Shown here in pieces: positions 1 through 11,352 of a stretch of 64,000 bases of DNA. Numbering within the stretch: the first letter of the stretch is position 1; the number at the start of each line of letters is the position of its first letter. Both the position numbers and the translations under genes were made by a program. The DNA lies in assembly GCA_043228905.1 (NCBI GenBank), contig JBHGNT010000012.1, forward strand, positions 12,276,001-12,340,000, read 5' to 3'. The notes under the pieces are model-generated. The model was not told the origin of the DNA, ran no database searches, and saw only the letters and a list, made by a program, of their open reading frames with translations. The stretch is from Azolla caroliniana (taxonomy: Eukaryota > Plantae > Polypodiophyta).

Positions 1-225
1 CTGTCTCTCTCTCTTCCCTCCCCTTAACGTTGAACCCCCTTGGGAGGGGGGTGGAGCCATTCTAGGCACCACCCCCCACCCCGCAATGCTTCTTAATGCT
101 TGTATTGTTCTTCATGATCTCTCTCACCATCATACTCTTCATCAACTTCATTATTACACCATGTCTATCTTTGTCATTGATAATCATCATTACCATTAAC
201 CCTAACCCTAAAACATACAACAAAA

Positions 226-2280
226 GTGAACGCGATCCAAGACATGAAAGAAGAATGTGAAACCCAAATGGAGGTTCGAAGGTTCCTTGGAGCATGCATG
301 TTTTATCATATCTGGATTCCTCACTATGCACATGTCGCCGAACCGTTATATGGACTAATAAAGAAAAGAATGAAGTTTGAATGGCAAAGCAAGCATACAA
401 ATGCGATGCAAAGATTGAAGAAACTACTTCTTGAAGCTCCAACACTAAGAAAGGCCAACTATACCGAAAGGAAGCCGATTTATGTGATTGTAGATACGAG
501 CCCAACCAGAATCGGGTGGGTCATCAACCAAGAAGGAGAAGATAATGCGCGATATGCCATCCGGTTTAGAGCAAAGGTTCTCAGCGAACGACAACAAAGA
601 TACGCCCAAGTCAAGCGGGAACTTTGGGGTATTGTGTCAGTAGTGAAGATGGACAAAGATTACCTGATCGGGACGGAAGTGATAATAGAGACATATTGTC
701 TCCCAATCCTCGGAATGATCTCAGGATGTGCGGCCCCAGATCTAGCTATGCTAAGGTGGATCACCTATATCAAGTCTTTAAACCCAGAGATCCGTCACAT
801 TGCAGGGAAGAAGAACGCCATGGCTGACAAGCTGTTGAGGGCAAGATTTGAGAATGACAGTGACATGGTTTCGGAAGATGAAGATGTCACCCTCGACTTC
901 TTCAAGATGGCTCGATTATCGGTGGAAGACAAGGACACGCTAACCTTCCACGCCTTCAACGAGGACGAGTACGAAGGGGAGTGGTTACTATTCGGTAGAT
1001 TCCTAAGATCAATGACAACGGATGCTTCGTTGACGAAGGAGGAAACCCTACAAATCCAAAAGAAATCTTACCAATACTTCTTGAAGGGAGGATTCCTTTG
1101 GCGACACCCAAAAAGAAGGACAGGAATACCACGTCGAGTGGTGGTGAAGAAAGAAGAGCAAGTGACGTTGATGACCGAATTCCACAAGAGTGCTTGGGAA
1201 GGTCATAGAGGAACATGGGCGACGTTCGAAAAGTTGAAGGAAAAGTACTGGTGGCCAAGCATGTACAAAGATGTACTCCATTTCGTGTCCACATGCAAAA
1301 CTTGCCAAGTACATTCCAACATACGTCATTGTGATGAGCTACGATCGACATACCCGCTCACCATACACTTCAAATGGATGGTTGATCTGGTCTCAATGCC
1401 AATGGGAGTGGGAAAAATGAAGTACTTAGTGCTGGCAAGAGAAGACTTGACAAATCAAGTGGAAGGGCGGGCTTTGACAAATAAGACAATGTCATCTGTT
1501 TGCAAATTTCTACTTGAAGAGGTTGTCTGCCGATACATATGTGTGGGGAAGATAGTTGCCGACCGAGGGGAGTTGGTCGCACACGAAGCAACAGAGCTTT
1601 TCGAACGACTAGGCGTGAAGCTCTCCCTCACGACTGCCTACAATCCAAAAGCGAATGGGAAGATTGAACGAGGACATGGACCCATCGTCAAAGCCATCGT
1701 ATGAGCATGCAACAGTCGAGTCGGGAATTGGCCACGACTATTGCCCTACGCCTTGTGGGCTGACAGAATGACATACAACTCGGTGACAGGGTATATGCCA
1801 ACATAGCTTATGTATGTACAAAAGCCGGTGATGCCCATCGAAAGGATGATCGCCTCATGGGTAGCGATACCATGGGAGAACGAGATGAGCCGAGAAGAAT
1901 TATTAGCGGCACGGATAAGGCAACTTGAAAGGACACCTAAAGATCTAGAACATGCGCGAAAAATGATGGAGGCAGCCCGAGTGAAGAATAAAATTCGGTT
2001 CGACAAGACGCATCGATTGCGTCCCAAGAAGATCGAAGAAGGAGATTGGGTATTGGTCTACAACAGTAGCCTTGACAAATCCACATAGTACAACAAGAAA
2101 GTTCGCAAGAAGATGGTTCGGATCGTATATGGTGATAAGTGCCAACGACAATGCCACATAACACCTTGCGGAGCTAAATGGATCAAGGTTGGCCATACCC
2201 ATTGCGGGAAAAAGAGTAAAGGTTTTCAAGAAAAGACAAGACGAGGATCCTGACCTCGATCACCTCGACGATGAAGATAG
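226..2280 (+). pseudogene. pol: Gypsy pol remnant (RNase H, integrase zinc finger and core, GPY/F tail) with stops and frameshifts
   Basis: VRRFLGAC, VDTSP, GHRG...CxxC, WMVDLV, AYNPKANGKIERGH and RRWFGSY motifs; in-frame stops near 1702 and 1804. Confidence 0.92.
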
Positions 2281-2392
2281 TAGGACAGAAGTAAATGAGG
2301 ACGTGGAGGAGTCATACTGATCACTATTGCCGAAATCTCACTTTCACTCTTCTTGGCATGTACTAGAGGACGTGCGGTTTGGTGGGGGTGGA

Positions 2393-3388
2393 TGTCGTGA
2401 AGATTTTCGGCGATAGTGTGGAAATTGTAAGGAACATTCGAAATCGAGTGTGGTTCTTCACACGAGAAAAACAAAACAATAATAGTGAAGATAATATTTT
2501 AAATAAGTTTAATATCTAGGTACAAAAAGATGGAGGTCTTCAAGAGCTTTCAAATGTGCTTTACCACATAAAAAATGGACATCTAAGTGACGAGTTATGT
2601 GGGAGTGAAGTATGAGAAGGAAGAAGAGAAAAATAAAACTATAGATATCCCACATAGACAGGATAAAAACAAGGACCCTACAATATATAAAGTAGAGCAA
2701 AAGCTATTATCTTTGTGTCTATGGGTGGAGCATAGAGAGTTACAGGTGACTTGCACAAAGTTAATATGATGAATGAGTGTGGCCTAGCTATAAGTTTTGG
2801 CCAGCCGAAACCGGACCGGCGATGGAGGCGGCATTCGACGAACCGACGAGACGGCGACCGGATAGATATGTATACATATATATATATACAAGGAGTGCAA
2901 GTGTGGATTTGAACCTTACACCTCCAAGTTGAGAGTTTATAGGCTTACCACTAAGCCAAAACATTTTCTTGAAATAATATTTTTATCATTATAGTTACAT
3001 ATAAATTCTTATACATGAGACCTTGAATGAGTAGCATGATTCTCATGCATCACATGTAATGCATGAGCGCCAAATGGCAAGTATGCATCACATGCATCAT
3101 ATGCATGAGAGCATCTATAAACGAGGAGATGAAAAAGAGAAAGGGAGGGTACTTTTTTTAGATATGAATTTAAGAGAAGAAAATTCGTTCTCGAATTGAT
3201 CGTGTAACTTGTTTCTTAAATCTAAAGTCAATTGCTCAATCTTAATCTCTCTCTTTCGCCATATCAATCTCTCTCAAATTATCTTAAATACTTTCTCGCT
3301 AAAGTTTGTGTCAACTTCGAATCCTTTCGGTCTAGAACCCTGGCAGTTCCGCCTCGCGATCCGCGCTTAGTGACGGATCTTCACGACA
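2393..3388 (+). repeat. 3' LTR (996 bp) with perfect 12-bp terminal inverted repeat TGTCGTGAAGAT...ATCTTCACGACA
   Basis: Starts right after the PPT; TATA (CTATAAA) ~3115; right flank GCGT. Confidence 0.9.
2895..2960 (-). promoter_or_regulatory. tRNA-like Pol III type-2 promoter cassette, antisense in LTR U3
   Basis: A-box TGGCTTAGTGG (2958-2948) and B-box GGTTCAAATCC (2915-2905), starts 43 nt apart; GGCTTA/TAAGCC D-arm-like hairpin; GAGGT before the T-arm. Confidence 0.72.
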
Positions 3389-4074
3389 GCGTGGTAGAAT
3401 CTACGAAAGATTTTCGCCACCAACACTACCGTGAGAAAGCTTCAACTCCGCCAAGAGTTGAATAATATCCAACAAAGACATATGTTCATCACGAGCTACA
3501 CCTTGAAGATCAAGGAGCTTTGTGATTAACTCGGCTCGATAAGAGTAAACGTGGAGGATGACGAGAGGGTGCAAATATGTCTCTGCGGCCTTGCACCACG
3601 ATTCGGCGCTATGCGGACCGCCGTAGTAGCATGGGAGAATCCACCCTCCTTTGATCTTCAATCCATGTTCTTGGTCGAAGAAAACAATGTTCGAACAAGG
3701 AGTAATGGTTCGGAAGGCCAAATGCTCTACACGCATTTGGACAGAAGAAGAGGACGCGACCGTGCAAGAAGAGGCCCAATTTACGAAAACAACTCTCAAT
3801 TACGGCAATCAGATGGAGGTCATTGAGGAACCTTCAGAAGAAGGGGGAACCACCATTCCGATTTAAGCCAACAAACCTTAATCAAATGCGGATATTGCGG
3901 CAAAATCGGCCACTGCGAAGAAGAGTGCCGAAAGAAGATGCGTGACTCGGCTTTCACTAGTCGACAACTCACCAATTACGTCGCCGACTCGGAGTACGAA
4001 GACTATGGTGGATTATTCGTACTGAGACATAGAGCGAATTCTATGTCGGCCTCTACTTCTACTAGTGTCTCCGG

Positions 4075-5660
4075 TGTCATGTGAATCTTCACATACTATT
4101 TAAAAAAATAATGAAATAATTATTATAGATTAGATTAGTAGCTTACTATAGAAAGATGGATATACTCAAGAGCTTTAAAACGTTTTTACTATATACAAAA
4201 TGGAGAAATACATATCAAGTTATGTGAAAATAAAGTTTGAGAAGATAGGGAAATTAGAACTATCCCACATAGATAGGAAAGTTAAGGCCCTGGCTATATA
4301 AGCACCTTGAGCTCCCTCATTTTTCATTTGTGCTAAGAGTACTTTGGCCACTTTGTCTTGATGGATGATGGTGGCCAAATTCCCTAAAACCGGAAACCGG
4401 CCGGTAAACAAATCCGGAAACCGGTCGGTAAGAAAATCCGGAAAACGGGTCTGGTAAGCAAATCAGGAAACCGGCCGGTAAACAAATCCGGAAACCGGTC
4501 GGTAAGAAAATCCGGAAAACGGGTCTGGTAAGCAAATCAGGAAACTGGCCGGTATGCAAACCGGAAACATGCCGGTAAGCAAAACCGGAACCGGAACCGG
4601 CAAGTAAACCGGAACCGGAAACTGCCCGGTATGCAAACCGCAAACCGTCTGGTAAGCAAAACCGGAACCGGAACCGGTATGCAAACCGAAAACCGGTCGG
4701 TAAGCAAATCCGGAACCGGAACCGGTCTGCAAACCGGAAACTGGCCGGTAAGCAAAACCGGAAACTGGCCGGTAAGCAAAATCGGAACCGGAACTGGCCA
4801 ACAAACTGGAACCGAAACCGGTCGGCAAGCAGAATCGGAACCAGAATCGACCGGCAAGCAAACCGGAACCGGAACCGGCCGGCAAGTAAAATTGGAACCG
4901 GAACCGGCCGGCAAGCAAAATGGAACCGGCTACCGGACGAGGTTGGACGCGGACGAACGAAAGATTGGATCATGCAACAAACTAAAGTAAAGTGAAGAGA
5001 ACTAAAGTAAAGGCCATGTGGACGCAAGCAACTAAAGTTGGAGTGGATGCAAAAAGTAAAGGTCATGTGGACGGTCACATGCAACTAAAAGAAAAAGCCA
5101 TGAAACTAAAAATAGATGCAACTAAAAGAAAAAGCTAGGCAACTAAAAGTAGAGGCCATGCAACAAAAAGTGGAAAGGCTATGATCAAGGGAGAACTCTA
5201 TATATATTCCATTTTTCTTCTTGCACTCATGCTCTCTCCATATTATATTGTTTTTGTTTTCCTTTGGAGCTCCCCTATCTTATGGAAGCCATATCTCTCA
5301 AGTAAACCCTAATTTCCTTATGGAAGCCATATCTTACTCATAACCCTAAATTTCCATACGGAAGCTATTCAAATCATAAAACCATAATCTCTTATCAAAA
5401 CCAAAAACCCTAATTTTCTATAGAATTCATATCTTAATTTCCTCTAATCTATTACTCTAGCCATCTCCATTAGCAAAGTTTTTTGTAATCCCAATCTTGG
5501 GATTAATTGTAATCTTTCTTTCTACTTGTTAATGAAATTTGTTAATCTTTCTCATTTCGGTTAATTCTTAGTACATAAATACACGAATTTGATATCCTCT
5601 AGTCAAAGGCCCCGGGGTCTTGCCTCAACGTTCACGTATCCTCGTCGTATTTCTGCGACA
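4075..5660 (+). repeat. 5' LTR (1586 bp) with expanded CCGG-rich minisatellite
   Basis: Near-identical to 8398-9624 except for the ACCGGAA/CCGGTAAGCAAA array at ~4388-4935. Confidence 0.93.
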
Positions 5661-5664
5661 ACTT

Positions 5665-5682
5665 TGGTGAACCCGACGTGAA
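5665..5682 (+). promoter_or_regulatory. Primer binding site, tRNA-Trp
   Basis: Complement of TTCACGTCGGGTTCACCA, the plant cytosolic tRNA-Trp 3' end as recalled; recurs at 28768, 42065 and on the minus strand ~21571-21588. Confidence 0.85.
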
Positions 5683-5713
5683 AGAGGCGGTAGGAAGGAT
5701 ATCAAGTGCAACG

Positions 5714-7562
5714 ATGGCTTCCACAAGTGGAACTCAAGGAGAGGAATTAACGAAAGGCATGGTGTCCGTAGTGGAATACATGCTGAAGGTGAGAGATCGA
5801 GAAGCTCTAATCGACAAAGCTGTTGATCGTACGGTTGAGATAGCCGGATGATTTGGTGGCAAGAACATCACAGATTTTCTTGCTACCTATCGGAATGAGA
5901 TGCAACAAAGAGATGTCAATGATCTCAAACAAATTTTTGGCTTTAAACGTGTGGTGGAGCTAGGGATCCGCGAGCGCGTCATGGAGATTCAAAACAATCA
6001 TGCAACTTGGGCGGAGTTCGAAAAGGCGCTTCTCGCTGAATACATGCTTGTAGACGCATCACGGATGACTCAACATACACTAATGTCTTGGATTGAGAAG
6101 AAAGGCAAGAATATGTGTGCATCTAGAGTATATGCCGAATTCGACCAGAAGTATAACCGACTTCCGAGTGTTGATCAACAAGTTCTTGATGGAGATAAAG
6201 TCCTACTATTCCTGAAGGCAGTGGATGCGAAAGATCGACATGAATTAGGTAACTTTTTGGAGGATGAAACACAACCAAGTGGCTTGGTAGCGGACTGGGC
6301 AGCAGTGAAGAAGGCTTGTAGCTGTCTTGATAAGCGTCGACAACGGCAAGAGGAAACTGATATGGAGAATCCACAATCGTGGAGGAGGAAGGCACCTCTT
6401 ACGATCGAGTCTAACAAGCCGTTCAACAATTTCGATAAGAAAGCAATGGAGGAGTCTATAATCGAAGAGCTCTCTAAGAAGTTTGAGGCGGTATCGCTAG
6501 CCAACTTAGGTCGACGCGGGCCCAAGGGAAAAGAAGCGTATAGATGTGTGTGGTGCGATAGCTTTGAACACTCACGAAGGGAATGTGCTGACTTGCAAGA
6601 TGTGATTCGTAAGCATGTCGTCTATTTGGACGATAACATGATTCACTCAAGCGAGACCCGGAAGCCACTACGAGTGAACTTCGGAAGAGGTGGGCTGAAA
6701 AAGATTGTAGAAGAAGAAGATGCAAGGCATGTGGAGGCTATGCACTATGCCGCTTCGGCTAGGAGACGAGTTGGAAAAGAGAATCTTAAAATGATCAAGC
6801 CAGGAGCTGGGTTTTGGCCAACGGTCTTCGAGTGCGAAGAAAAAGGCAAAATCAATTCAGAGGATCTAAAACTTGCTGACCGAAACGTGCGACGAGCTAC
6901 CGGATGGTCAGATCCAATCGACGAAAACACAAGCTTTGCGGAGGTTGTGCGTGACACCTATGAAGCCCTTGTCGAAGAGAAGAAGAAGAGAACCGGTGAA
7001 GAAGATGGCACATCAAAGCGACCTAACACGAGGAACGGAGGGAAAGAAGAGGCCTCCCAACAAATGCGGATTAATGTTACGGTTGATACAAAGGCCCAGG
7101 TTCGGTACCACGATGTAACCACGGAAGAAGGTGTAGAACAAGAGACCTTCTCATCTTGCAAAGAAAGAATGACAAAGGAAGAAACCAATGAATCGAGGGT
7201 GGCGAATGCCACTTCAAGCGAAGACAAATGTTTCAAAACACGCAGCGTGTCTGAAACATCAAGTGATGAAGGTGCAAGCATGAGCAAAACTTGCATGACC
7301 AAGGGAGATAAAAAAATGTGAGGCCAACATGATTGAGGACATAGCCACGAAAAATGACATCGAGTCAAAGGTGGCTAAGGACCAGTCAATGACGGATGGC
7401 CGTGTCATGACTTTCTCCACATTTGTTCTAGAGACTTGGGCAGATGCGTTGGAAAGCAAACGTGAGACCCAAGAGACGGAAGGTAGCGGCGAGGAAGTGA
7501 AGGCCAAGGCTAATACATGCGAAGAAGAAGGAGATATCATCGGTATGCCAATTCCTTCTTGA
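5714..7562 (+). pseudogene. gag: Gag (CVWCDSFEHSRREC knuckle) fused to an acidic low-complexity module
   Basis: ORF 5900-7321 is homologous to gag 42089-43390 up to ~7030 and then to 29545-30000. Confidence 0.85.
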
Positions 7563-8330
7563 AGATGTTATTTGCAGATATGGATGCGTCGGCAAGATAG
7601 TGGCTGATAGAGGCGAGTTGGACGCCAATGAAGCTAGAAAATTCTTCTCAAGGATGGGAATCAAATTATCTCTTACCATGGCGTATAATCCGGAAGCAAA
7701 TGGGGAGGTCGAACGTGGACATGGACCGATTGTGAAGGCTCTAGTGAAAGCTTGCCATGGGAAAATAGGAGAATGGCCGCGTCTATTGCCATTTGCACTA
7801 TGGGCTGACAGGACTACTCATAGCACAGTGACGGGATACATGCCGGCAGAGCTCATATTCAGACAAAAGCCAATAATGCTTGTAGAACAAAGTATTATTT
7901 CATGGTTTGCATTGCCATGGCAAGATGAGATAAGTAGAGAAGATCTTCTAGCATTGAGGATTCAACAATTAGAGCGAAATTTGGAAGATATAGAGGCTAA
8001 AGCGCGACTAAAGAATGCAAGGCTAAAGAACAAGAAAGACATCGACTTCGGCCGAGGAAAATCGTTGAAGGAGATTGGGTGCTAGTCTATGATAGTAGCC
8101 TAGATAACCAACATAGTACGGCTCGAAAATTCTCACAACGATGGTTTGGGCCATATGTGGTGAAGAAAGTGGAAGATAATGCAACATATCATTTAGTAGA
8201 ACTGGATGGTACACCACTTGCCTTGCCAATTGCCGGTAAAAGAATCAAGATCTTCAAGAGAAGAGATAGAATAGAAATTGGATTCGAAGCTTTTGACGAT
8301 TCAGTCTTAAGCATCGATGAAAAAGTATAG
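7557..8330 (+). pseudogene. Integrase C-terminal half fragment
   Basis: ADRGELDA...AYNPEANGEVERGH...QRWFGPY. Confidence 0.88.
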
Positions 8331-8397
8331 TAAACAAAAGTGGAGCCTCATCAAAATTGGCACATACCGATGGATGTGCAAGTTTGGTGGGGGCGAA

Positions 8398-9624
8398 TGT
8401 CGTGTGAATCTTCACAGACTATGTAAAAAAATAATGAAATAATTATTATAGATCAGATTAGTAGCTTACTATAGAAAGATGGATATACTCAAGAGCTTCA
8501 AAACGTTTTTACTATATACAAAATGGAGAAATACATATCAAGTTATGTGAAAATAAAGTTTGAGAAGATAGGGAAATTAGAATTATCCCACATAGATAGG
8601 AAAGTTAAGGCCCTGGCTATATAAGCTCCCTCATTTTTCATTTGTGCTAAAAGTAGTTTGGCCACTTTGTGTTGATGGATGATGGTGGCCAAATTCCCTA
8701 AAACCGGAAACTGGCCGGTAAACAAATCTGGAAACCGGCCGGTAAGCAAATCTGGAAAACGGGTCTGGTAAGCAAAACCAGAAACTGGCCGATATGCAAA
8801 CCGGAAGCAGGCCGGTAATGAAAACCGGAATCGGAACCGGTAAGCGAAACCGGAATCGGAATCGGAACCGGCCGGCAAGCAAAATGGAACCGGCTACCGG
8901 ATGAGGTTGGATGCGGACGGACGAAAGATTGGATCATGCAACAAACTAAAGTAAAGTGAAGAGAACTAAAGTAAAGGCCATGTGGATGCAAGCAACTAAA
9001 GTTGGAGTGCATGCAAAAATTAAAGGTCATGTGGACGGTCACATGCAACTAAAAGAAAAAGCCATGAAACTAAAAATAGATGCAACTAAAAGAAAAAGCT
9101 AGGCAACTAAAAGTAGAGGCCATGCAACAAAAAGTGGAAAGGCTATGATCAAAGGAGAACTCTATATATATTCCATTTTTCTTCTTACACTCATGCTCTC
9201 TCCATATTATATTGTTTTTGTTTTCCTTCGGAGCTCCCCTATCTTATCGAAGCCATATCTCTCAAGTAAACCCTAATTTCCTTACGGAAGCCATATCTTA
9301 CTCATAACCCTTAATTTCCATACGGAAGCTATTCAAATCATAAAACCATAATCTCTTATCAAAACCAAAAACCCTAATTTTCTATAGAATTCATATCTTA
9401 ATTTCCTCTAATCTATTACTCTAGCCATCTCCATTAGCAAATTTTTTTGTAATCCCAATCTTGGGATTAATTGTAATCTTTCTTTCTACTTGTTAATGAA
9501 ATTTGTTAATCTTTCTCATTTCAGTTAATTCTTAGTACATAAATACACGAATTTGATATCCTCTAGTCAAAGGCCCCGGGGTCTTGCCTCAACGTTCACG
9601 TATCCTCGTCGTATTTCCGCGACA
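8398..9624 (+). repeat. 3' LTR (1227 bp)
   Basis: TGTCG...CGACA; follows the PPT; partner of 4075-5660. Confidence 0.93.
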
Positions 9625-11352
9625 CCGGTCTGGAAGACATATGGTTCGTCGATTCCGGTGCCTCAAACTATATGATGTCGCATCAAGAATGGTTCCGAGA
9701 ACTTCGAGAGCCGGAGTGACCCGACTATGTCGAAATCGACAATGTTCCATTCGGAAAAGAAGGTAAGCAAAATTACATTAAAAATGTCTTGCATGTACCA
9801 ACCATTACGAAGAATTTGGTCTCCGTTGGCCAAATTTTAGAGCAAGGAATGGAAGTTGGATTTAATCAAGGTGGTTGCTTCATCGAAAAGGAGGGCCGAG
9901 TCATCGCGCACAGACGGAGAGAGGGCCGAATGTTCATTCTTGATTCGCATGAGATGAAATTGGCTATGTTCACAAAAGGCATGAAAGTTGAGTTTGACAT
10001 AGAGTTATGGCACATGCGGATTAGCCATATCAACCTTCAAAAGCTCAAGGCAATGCAATCGAAAGGAGTCGTCATCAGACTCCTGACCTTCAAAGAGAGA
10101 GAGATTGAAGAAGTATGTGCGGCTTGCCAATTTGGCAAGCAACATCGGCATCCATTTCCGAAGGAGAGGAATGTAAGCAAAGGCATACTTGACGTAATTC
10201 ATTCCGATGTATGGGGACCGGCTCAAACGACAACATTCGGCGGATGCCGATATTATGTAACCTTCATCGACGGCTTCTCTAGGCACACTTGGATCTACCC
10301 GATGCGGCAAAAGAGCGAAGTGTTCGAACACTTCCAAAAATTCAAGAATGAAGTCGAGAAAGCCACGGGCCGACATGGACGATGTCTTCGGTTGGATGGA
10401 GGCAAGGAATATTTCTTGGATGAGTTTACAGCGTATCTACAAAAAGAACGAATTCGGCGAGAGTTTTCGTGTCGTCATACGTGACAACAAAACGGAGTGC
10501 CCGAATGAAAGAATCGGCACATCCTCGAAGTAGCACGGGCCATGATGAACGAAAAGCACATGCCGAAGTTGTACTGGGCAAAAGCGGCTAACACGGCCAT
10601 ATACCTCATGAATCGGTGTACGACATCAGGTCTGCACGAAAAGTTTTTCGGAAAGAAGTCGGATTCTATCACACGTCCAGATATTCGGCTCCATTGCATA
10701 TGTGCACATCCCCGACGAAAAGCGACAAAAGCTCAACCCAAAGTCAGAGAAATGTATCCTCATCGGTATACTCACTGGAGCAAAAGGGGTACAAGTGCTA
10801 CAATCCCTCGACTCGAAAAGTTCCCGTAAGTCGAGACATCGTTTTTTATGAGTCCGCATCCTGGTACGCACCAGAGACAACTTTGACTCCGATTCCGCTC
10901 AACCGGGAATCCACTGAACAAGAGCTAGAAGATGAAGATCGCATCAGGCACATATTCAAAGAAAGTCCGATCACGACCTGACTGAGCGGACCACAAGAGC
11001 CTTTGAGCGAACAAAGCGCATCTCGACCAAGTCCGATGTTGGACAAAGGGAAGGCCAAAATGCCAGAGTATGAAGACGCTCATTTCGATGGCAACGAATC
11101 GACTCACTCCCTTGATAGTGGGTTCGAAGGCCTTGACATCCGGACAAATGGAGGGAAGAAAGCCTTAGAATCTGCAAACGAGAAGCTCTGCCGATCCACC
11201 CATGAAAAGAACCCCATAAGCCAATTCAGCTACAACGATTATATGGCATACCATTACGCCTTTATGATGCAGGTGGCAACAGTACGGGAGCCAAAAACCT
11301 TTTCTGAAGCCGCGAAGCACCCGCGATGGATCGAAGCAATGAACGAGGAGAT

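Larger units (their letters stand above)
223..3388 (+). mobile_element. Phygy-like Ty3/gypsy LTR retrotransposon, 3' part (RT end-RNaseH-integrase, PPT, 3' LTR), inserted in a copia gag
   Basis: ORFs 226-1704 and 1810-2088 are homologous to pol at 44163-47084; G-rich PPT ~2378-2392; LTR 2393-3388; copia gag resumes at 3389. Confidence 0.93.
4075..9624 (+). mobile_element. Non-autonomous Phygy-like gypsy element (gag, acidic module, integrase C-terminal fragment), TSD CCGG
   Basis: LTRs 4075-5660 and 8398-9624; PBS TGGTGAACCCGACGTGAA at 5665-5682; PPT ~8383-8397; CCGG on both flanks restores the host reading frame; no PR, RT or RNase H. Confidence 0.95.
3389..11352 (+). mobile_element. Ty1/copia gag-pol remnant (same family as 49277-55036), split by the gypsy insertion 4075-9624 and truncated at the start of RT
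   Basis: RKLQLRQELNN gag, CGYCGKIGHCEEEC knuckle, WFVDSGASN protease continuous across the insertion, LWHMRISH, DVWGP integrase, YMAYHYAFM...EPKTFSEA. Confidence 0.92.

Noticed and set aside
1-222. Telomere-like AACCCT repeats and a possible LTR end at 222
   Set aside because: Only about two units; probably the end of another insertion, but no partner or TSD is visible in the window.
2895-2960. Functional tRNA gene
   Set aside because: No convincing acceptor or anticodon stem; kept only as a tRNA-like promoter cassette.
4317-5084. Several repetitive ORFs on both strands
   Set aside because: By-products of the stop-poor CCGG minisatellite in an LTR.
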